64,000 bases of DNA, taken from assembly GCF_009914755.1 (NCBI RefSeq), contig NC_060947.1; one strand, written 5' to 3'. Position 1 is the stretch's first letter. Every line of letters begins with the position of its first letter. Made by a program: the position numbers and the translations under genes. The stretch comes from the human T2T-CHM13v2.0 reference genome, Homo sapiens. This document shows, piece after piece, positions 46,452 to 64,000 of this stretch. Below the pieces are notes generated by a model. It saw only the letters and a program-made list of their open reading frames with translations. It was not told where the DNA came from and ran no database searches.

Positions 46452-48643
46452 GGCAATTGATATTATCCTGTCTGTAGAGCAGAGAAAAGTGAAATAAATG
46501 AACAGAGCCTAAAAGACCTATGGGACACCATGAAGCATAGCAAAGTGCAGATAATGTCAGTCCCAGAGGGAGAGAATAGAGAAAATTTGGCAGAAAGAAT
46601 AATTAAAGAAATAAAATCTAAACACTTCCCACAATAATGACAGAAATAAATTGACCCATCCAAGAAGCTCAACAAACTTTAAGCACGATAAACTAATAGA
46701 GATCACACTAAGACACATTACAGTAAAACTGACAAAAGTCAAAGACATAGAGGATTTTGAAAGCATCAAGAAGAAGCAACTTATCAGATTACATACAAGG
46801 GATCTTTATTAAGATTAGCATGCACTTTCCTTTGGAAATCATGGATGCGAGTGGGATGATAAAGTGCTAAAAGAACAACAACAAAAAAAACTTGGATTGG
46901 AGGTTCAATATAGCTGACTAGAAACAGCTAGTGTATGCCACTCTCATGGAGAGGAAATAAAGTGGCAAGTAAATACTAGCTCTTCAAGTCGATTGTCTAA
47001 GAGACCACATCAGGATTCAGCAAGGAAATGAGGGGACCCACCAAGAACAGAGAGCAGTGAAGACAGGCGTTCATCCACACAAGACTGACATGGAACTTGG
47101 AGAAGCTCCCTAACATGAGGAAAGCCAGCTTAGGCTTCCAGTGCAGAAACTTCACCCCAGCTAGTGCACTGTGGTGGGGCACAGCTCTGCATTCATTTGG
47201 AGCAAAATTCCCAGAGGTAACAGACAATGCTTGACACCTTTGTGGGCCCCAACAGTGACATTCAGCATTGTTTGGGTGGGAGGGAAATGTGAGCGTGTTA
47301 CACGTCTCACAGCTGTCAGTCTTCATTGTCCTAGCTGAGGGATGCTGCCCTCCCCAGTGAAAGGCCCACAGCATAGTCGCCCTGCCCTCACCTGAACATT
47401 TCACCTGGATCCCAGAGCCTTTGTGAAAACCCAACACCCACAGGCCTGTGATATACCCTCAGGCTTCTACCACCTAAGCATTCCACCTGCTTCTGCCAGA
47501 CAGCTTGGTCAGCGACCCAAGGACAAGCCTGCCTCCACATCACAGCCAGTACTTGAACTCTGGGCTAGCAAAACCCCAGTCTAGCCCCTCCAGGACTCAT
47601 ACACTCTATTCAGCGGCCATCTAGGGGCCTGGGAACTGGGAAACTACCTACCCCATATCAACTCTGTGGGTACCTGACCACTTCTCCCAGGGCTGACCCA
47701 ACCACCTGACACCACCATGACCAAAACCTACTCACATGGGCCAAAAAGTGGAGCCCTCCTGCTTTATAAAAAACAGCAGTACTGCCACATTGAAGAACAG
47801 GCATGCCATAAAGCTATCTGTATCAGATTGAGTGATAAGGTTATGACCTGAAACCACACCCATCGAAAGTCACAAAACAGGCGTTCCACATGACTCTCAG
47901 GCACATTACGGTCCAGAGAGACTACAGTGTGCATCTGAAATAGGAATCACAAGCACTGGAACACGGGTATGATAGGGAATTAGATTGCATTCCTGCCAAT
48001 CAAAGATGTGGAGCCAGTGCAACCCCCTCACACTCCTACCCCTTGCAGATATCTCAGTATCTCAGTGCATTTCACCAGGAGCTCTTCTCAGCCACTTTCA
48101 TAGCAGGTGGTGCCTGCACTCGCCATTGGAATATTTGTTGGCAAGTCAGGAGCTCCAGTTCTGTTCAGCTCTGTCCCACCCACCTCCATAGAACAGGAAG
48201 CCCAGGGCACTGGACACCCTGCAGTCCAGCCATTTACCTAAAAACCAGAAAGCACCTCACAGTAAACAAAGATCAGGTCCATACCCATCTGCTTGCATGG
48301 CAACTGGTTCTTAGTTGTCAATGCCATCTACTAGCCTGTAGGTTGAACCTCACAGCCCAAAACAAAACCTGCTGACAGAAATGCACAGGACTATAGAAAC
48401 AAAGGAAAAATATTCTACCCAACACAACCTTCTCCAGATGACAAATCAGCATAAGAATTCTGCCACCACGAAAAATCTGAATGTTGTCACACCACCAAAG
48501 GTTAACTCTAGCTCTCTCGAGGTGGTTTCTAACCAAAATGGAGGAACATAGATTACATATGGAAAATTCAAAGCATACATTACAGGGACATGCAATAAAA
48601 TCCAAAACATAGTTGAAAATCAGGACTAAGAAACCTGTAAAGC

Positions 48644-49067
48644 TGTAAAGTTGTCAGCTGGTTGTTTTGCAGTTCCTGTTGTGTAGTTGCGAGTCTGTGG
48701 GTATGTACCCAGGTGTGGTTGTATGGTAGGAGGTGTTGTTCCTATGTTTTCATGTTTAGAACACTCTTAAGAATTGCTTGGAAGACAAGCCCAATGGTAA
48801 TAAATTCCCTGAGTGATTGCCTGTCTGAAAAATATGTTTTTTCTCTTTTGTTTATGAAGCTTAGTTTGGCATGGTATAAAATTCTTGGTTCAATTTTCTT
48901 TTCTTTGAGAATGCTGAAAATAGGCCCACAGTCTCTTCTGGCACATACAGTTTCTGCTGAGAAGTTCTCTGTTAGCCTAATGGGCTTCTCTTTTTACATA
49001 ATCTAACCCTTTGCTCCAGTTTGCCTTTAAGATTTTTTTTTTTTTAGTTTGACCTTGAATAGTCTGG
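48644..49067 (-). repeat. Inverted duplicate of 49531-49940 (L1 ORF1 3' end/spacer)
   Basis: Colinear reverse-complement match with shared words CCAGCTGACAACTTTACA, TACATACCCACAGACTC, CAAGCAATTCTTAAGAGTGTTCTAAA, TATTCAAGGTCAAACTAAA. Confidence 0.88.
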
Positions 49068-51065
49068 AAATAAAGGAAGGTAACAGTCTGGAAATAAGTC
49101 CAAAAAATAGAGGAAGAGGTAAACATCTGACAAAGAATCAATAAGAGTTACTGGAACTGAAAAAATCATTAAAAATTTCAAACAACAAATGAAGGTATTA
49201 TCAACAGACTAGTTCAAGCAGAAGAAAGAATTTCAGAACTTTAAGCTTGCTTTTTCAAACTAACCCAGTTAAACAAAAATAAAGAAAAAAGAGTTTATAA
49301 AATAAACAAAGCCTCCAAGAAATATGAGATTATGTAAAGGGACCACCATATGAATTATTGGCATTCCTGATAAAGAAGAAAAAAACTGAACAACCTGCAA
49401 AACAAACTTGAAAGAATAATTCAAGAAAATTTGCCTAATCTTGCTAGAGAGGTAGATATCCAAATACAAGAAATCCAGAAAACACCTGCTAGATACTATA
49501 CAAAATGAGTATTACCAACATACATAGTCACCAGAGTATTCAAGGTCAAACTAAAGAAAAAAATCTTAAAGGCAACTACAGTAAAGGGTTAGATCATATA
49601 CAAAGAGAAGTCCATTAGGCTAGCAGAGGACTTTTCAGAAGAAATGTACATGCCAGAAGAGACTGTGGACCTATTCTCAAAGAAAAGAAAATTAAATCAA
49701 GAATTTTATACCACACCAAAATAAGCTTCATAAGCAAAAGAGAAATAACATCTTTCTCAGACTAAGAGAATTCATTACCACTGGGCTAGCCTTTCAAGCA
49801 ATTCTTAAGAGTGTTCTAAATATGAAAACAAAAGAACAATACTACTTGCTACCATACAACCACACCTAGTTACATACCCACAGACTCTTTAAAGCAACTA
49901 CACAATAGGAACTGCGAAACCACCAGCTGACAACTTTACAATAGGAGCAACATCTCACATACCAACATTAAACTTGAACGTAAATGGTCTTAACCCCCTC
50001 CTTAAAAGGCAAAGTGTCAAGTTTGAATTTATTAAAAAAACAAGAATTATTCACCAGCTGCCTTCCAGAGACCCATTTCCCACATAATGACACACATAGA
50101 ATCAAGGTAAGGGTTGAAGAGACATCTATCATGCGAATGTAAAATAAAAAAGAAGAGGAGTTGCTATCCTTATATCAGACAAAATGGATTTTAAACCAAC
50201 ACAATTAACAAAGGACAAAGAAGGACGCTACATAATGATAAGGGTTAAATCCAACATGATGACTTAACTATCATACATACAAATGCACTGAACATTAGAA
50301 CAACCAGATTCATAAAATAAGTACTTCTAGACCTACAATAAGACTCACAGAACCACACAATAAGAGTGGGGACTTCAACACCTCACTGACAGCATTAGAG
50401 ACATCATCAAAACAGAAAACTAAAAAAGAAATTCTAGACTTAAATTTTACACTCGACCAGGTGGACCTAATAGACATCTACAAATTACTTCACCCATAAA
50501 CCACAGAATATCCATTCTTCTCATCTGCACATGGAATATTCTCTAAAATAGACCATATGCTTGGCTATAAAGCAAGTTTCAATAGCCTAAAAAATAAAAA
50601 AAAATACCAAACACACTTGCAAACCACATTGGAATAAAAATACAAATCAATACAAAAAATAAGATCTCTCAAAATCACACACTTAAAGATAAATTAAACG
50701 ACATGCTCCTGGATCACATTTTGTAAACAATAAAATTAAATAAAAAATTTTAAAATCCTTTGGAATAAATAAAAACAGAGACACAACATACCAACATTTC
50801 TGGGATGCAGCAAAAGCAGTGTTTGGAGGAAAGTTTATGATGCTGAATGCCTACATCAAGAAGCTAGAAAAATCTCAAATTAACTATCTAACATCACACA
50901 GAGAGGAACTAGAAAAATAAGAACAAACTAATCCCAAAGCTAGCAGAAGAAAGGAAATAACAAAACTCAGAGGAGAACTGAATAGAACTGAGACAAACAA
51001 AAAATAGGTTCTTTGCAAGAATAAACAAGATCAATTGACCACTAGCTAGATTAAGAAAGCAAAAA

Positions 51066-54116
<3,051 letters not shown>

Positions 54117-54682
54117 AAGAAAGAAAAAAGTGAGAAGATACAAATAAGCACAAGCAGAAATGGCAAAGGTGATATTACAACTGATCCCACAGAAAAACAA
54201 AAGATCCTCAGAGACTACAATGAGCACCTCTGTGTAAACAAATTAGAAAACCTAGAGAAAGTGGATACATTTTTGGAAACACACAACCTCCCAGCACTGA
54301 GTAAGGAAGAAATTGAAACCATGAAGAGACCAATATCGAGTTCCAAGATTGAATCAGTAATACAAAACCTACCAAGCAAAAAGAGCCCTGGACCAGATGA
54401 TTTTACAGTTCAATTCTGCCTGACATAAAAAGAGCTTCCATTACCAATCCTATTTAAACCATTACACACAAAAAAATGGAGATAGATGAAATCCTCTATA
54501 ACATATTCTATGAACCCAGTATCACTCTGATAACATAATCTGTCAAAGACACAACAAAAAAAGAGAAAACTGCAGGCTGATATCCCTGGTAAACATAGAT
54601 GTAAAAATACTTAACAAAATACCAGCAAATCCAATCTAGCAGCACATGACAAAGTCAATTTACCACGACCAAGTAGACTTAT

Positions 54683-57680
<2,998 letters not shown>

Positions 57681-57689
57681 TTTAAAAGA

Positions 57690-59015
57690 AAGAAGATGTA
57701 AAAATGACAGTTATATTAAATGGTGCTCAACATCACTCATCATCAGAGAAATGCAAATGAATATTACAATGCAATGCCATCTAACCCCAGTTAAAAAGGC
57801 TTATATTCAAAAGACAGGCAATAACAAATGCTGGTGAGGATGTGGAGAAAGTGGAGCCCTTGTACATTGTTGGTGCTATTGTAAATTAATACAGCCAGAA
57901 CAGAGAACAGTATGGAGGTTCCTCAAAATACTAAAAATAGAGCTAGCATATGATACATCAATCCTACTGCTGGGTGTACATTAAATGGAAAGAAACCAGT
58001 GTATCAAAGAGATATCTGCACTCCCGTGTTTGTTGCAGCACTGTCTACAATATCCAGGATTTGAAAGAAATCTAAGTGTCCATCAAACAGAAGAATGGAT
58101 ACAGAAAATATGGCACATACACACAATGGAGTACTATTCAGCTATAAAAAATAATAAGATCCTATCATTGGTAACAACATGGATGGAACTGGAGGCCATT
58201 ATGTTATGTAAAATAAGCCATGCAAAGAAATACAAACATCACATGTTCTTACTTGTTTGTGGGATATAAAAATCAAAACAATTGAATTCATGGTGGTGGT
58301 AGAAATATGGTTGCCAAATACTGGGAAGAGTAATGGGAGGATGGGGGGGAAGATGGAGATGGTTAACTGGTACAAAAATAATAGAACGAACAAATGATGA
58401 TATGGTATGGCTTTGTCCCCACCCAAATCTCATCTTGAATTGTAGCTCCCCTGTTGTGGGAGGGACCCAGTGGAAGATAATTGAATCATTAGGGCAGTTT
58501 TCCCTATACCGCTCTCGTGAAAGTGAATAAGTGTGACGAGATCTGATGGTTTTATAAGGGGTATTCTTTTTTGCTCGGCTCTCATTTTCTCTCTTGTCTG
58601 CCATCACATAAGATGTGCCTTTCACTTTCCACTATGATTGTGAGGGCTCCCCAGCCATATGGAACTGTGAGTCCATTAAACACCTTTCACTTTATAAATT
58701 TCCCAGTTTCAGCTATGTGTTTATCAGCATTGTGAAAACAGACTAATACAAATGAAATCTAGTATTTGCTAGCACATCACGGTAACTATAGTCAATAATA
58801 ATTTAATTGTATATTTTAAGATAACTAACATTATACAATTGAATTGTTTATAACACAAAGGATAAATGCTTGAGGGGATAGATACCCCATTTTTCATGGT
58901 GTAATTATTATGCATTGCATACTATATCAACACATATCATGTACCCCATAAATATATACACCTACTATATATGCACAACATTTAAATTTTTTAAAGTATA
59001 AAAATAAAATAAAAT
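57690..59015 (+). mobile_element. L1MA3/4-like 3' end, interrupted by THE1 LTR
   Basis: ORF 57985-58269 (IWHIHTMEYYSAIKNN...WMELEAIML); 3' UTR parallel to 57300-57660. Confidence 0.85.
58398..58750 (+). mobile_element. THE1 solo LTR
   Basis: TGATATGGTATGGCTTTGTCCCCACCCAAATCTCATCTTGAATTGTAG...GACTAATACA; perfect 5-bp TSD AATGA (58393-58397, 58751-58755). Confidence 0.95.
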
Positions 59016-59019
59016 TTAT

Positions 59020-60300
59020 ATAAAAATCAATGGAATGAAAATAACTAAAACAATTTTGAAAATAAATTGATAGGACTGAGTATACAAAATTTCAAGATAT
59101 TCGATAGCTATACTAATCAAGTCTGTGATATTGTGCAAGAGATATACACAGGCATTAATGAGGTAGAAAAAGGAACCTAGAAAGAAATGAACATATGTGC
59201 CCAACTAATTTTTTGCAATGACATAAAGCAATTCATTAGAGAAAAAAATGGTCTTTTCAACATATTTTCTTAGAACAACTGAACATACATACGCAAAAGA
59301 TATATAGCTCCTCCCTTAAGTCTCACACCTTATACAAAAACTACCTCAAAATAAACCAGAAACTTAAATGTAAATCATAAAACTATAAAGCTTTTAGTGA
59401 AAAAGTAGGAGAAAAACTTCAGGATCTAGGGCTAGGCAAGGAATTCTTAGACTTGACACTGAAAATGTCCAAGAAAATTTTATGAATTGGACTTCATCAA
59501 AATTACAGACTTCTGCTCTTCCAAAAACCACTATAAGAGGGTGAAAATACAAGCTACACATTAGACAAAAATATCTGCATGCTGCATATCTGAAAAAAAA
59601 ACTTGCATCTAGAATATATAAAGAATTCTTGAAGCTTAACATCAGAAAGTAAACAATATAGTTAGAGAATAGGCAAAATATATGAGAGACATTTTACTGA
59701 AGAGGCTATATATGTGGCATACAAGCGTATGGATCTATGTTCAACATCATTAGCCATTGGAGGAAATACGAATGAAGGCCACAAAGAGATGCAACTTAAA
59801 ACACACTTACTAAAATGGCTAAAATATAAGAAATTGTAATAACATAAAATTCTGATGAGGATGCAGTGCACCTAGATAATTGATACATTGTTGGTAGTAC
59901 TGTAAGATAGTACAGAAACTAAAATCAGTTTGGCAGTTTCTGAGGAAACTGTTCATGCAATTACCATATGACACAGCAATTGCACTCTTGGGCATTTATC
60001 TCAGAAAAATGGACACTTATGTTCACACGAAATCCTGTAGATGAATGTTGAGAGTAACTTTACTTGCAATTATCAAAAATTGAATCAGTGCAAATGCCCT
60101 TCAATAGGTTAATGGTTAAACTGTGTACCTCTACACCATGGAATGCTACTCAGCAATAAACAGGAATAAGCTTTTGATACCTGCAAGAACTTAAATGAAA
60201 CTTAAGGGAATTATGCTTAGTGAAAAAGGCAACCACAAAATATTACATGTAATGTGATTCCATTTATGCAGCATTTTTGAAGTGACACAGTTACCGAAAT
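59020..60300 (+). mobile_element. L1MB/MC-like ORF2 3' part and 3' UTR
   Basis: GAATTGGACTTCATCAAAATTA, TTACCATATGACACAGCAATTGCACTCTTGGGCATTTATC, TGTGATTCCATTTAT. Confidence 0.78.

Positions 60301-64000
<3,700 letters not shown>

Overview
AT-rich primate (very probably human: an Alu with all five AluYa5 diagnostic bases is present) genomic DNA dominated by nested retrotransposons: LINE-1 of many ages (L1M, L1MA, L1PB, L1PA16-L1PA2 types), five Alus, a MER11 solo LTR, two near full-length THE1 MaLR elements plus a solo THE1 LTR, MIR/L2 relics, and a full-length disabled RPL3 processed pseudogene (62.07-63.38 kb). Nearly all ORFs in the track are repeat-derived. No known protein-coding gene was recognised. 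A set of minus-strand splice-site pairs (25.8, 24.4, 11.4, 3.0, 1.6 kb) suggests an unidentified spliced transcript that could encode an 82-aa hydrophobic peptide. The best supported unusual structures are mechanistic: three twin-priming (5'-inverted) L1 insertions with target-site duplications, one carrying a short 3' transduction; a 39-nt exact templated copy of an old L1 segment 4.7 kb away; a ~420-bp local inverted duplication with microhomology-like scars; and an apparent gene-conversion tract between two independent THE1 insertions. I found no evidence of a new multi-gene biological system. Subfamily names are from recalled consensus sequences, and boundaries of old repeats are approximate.
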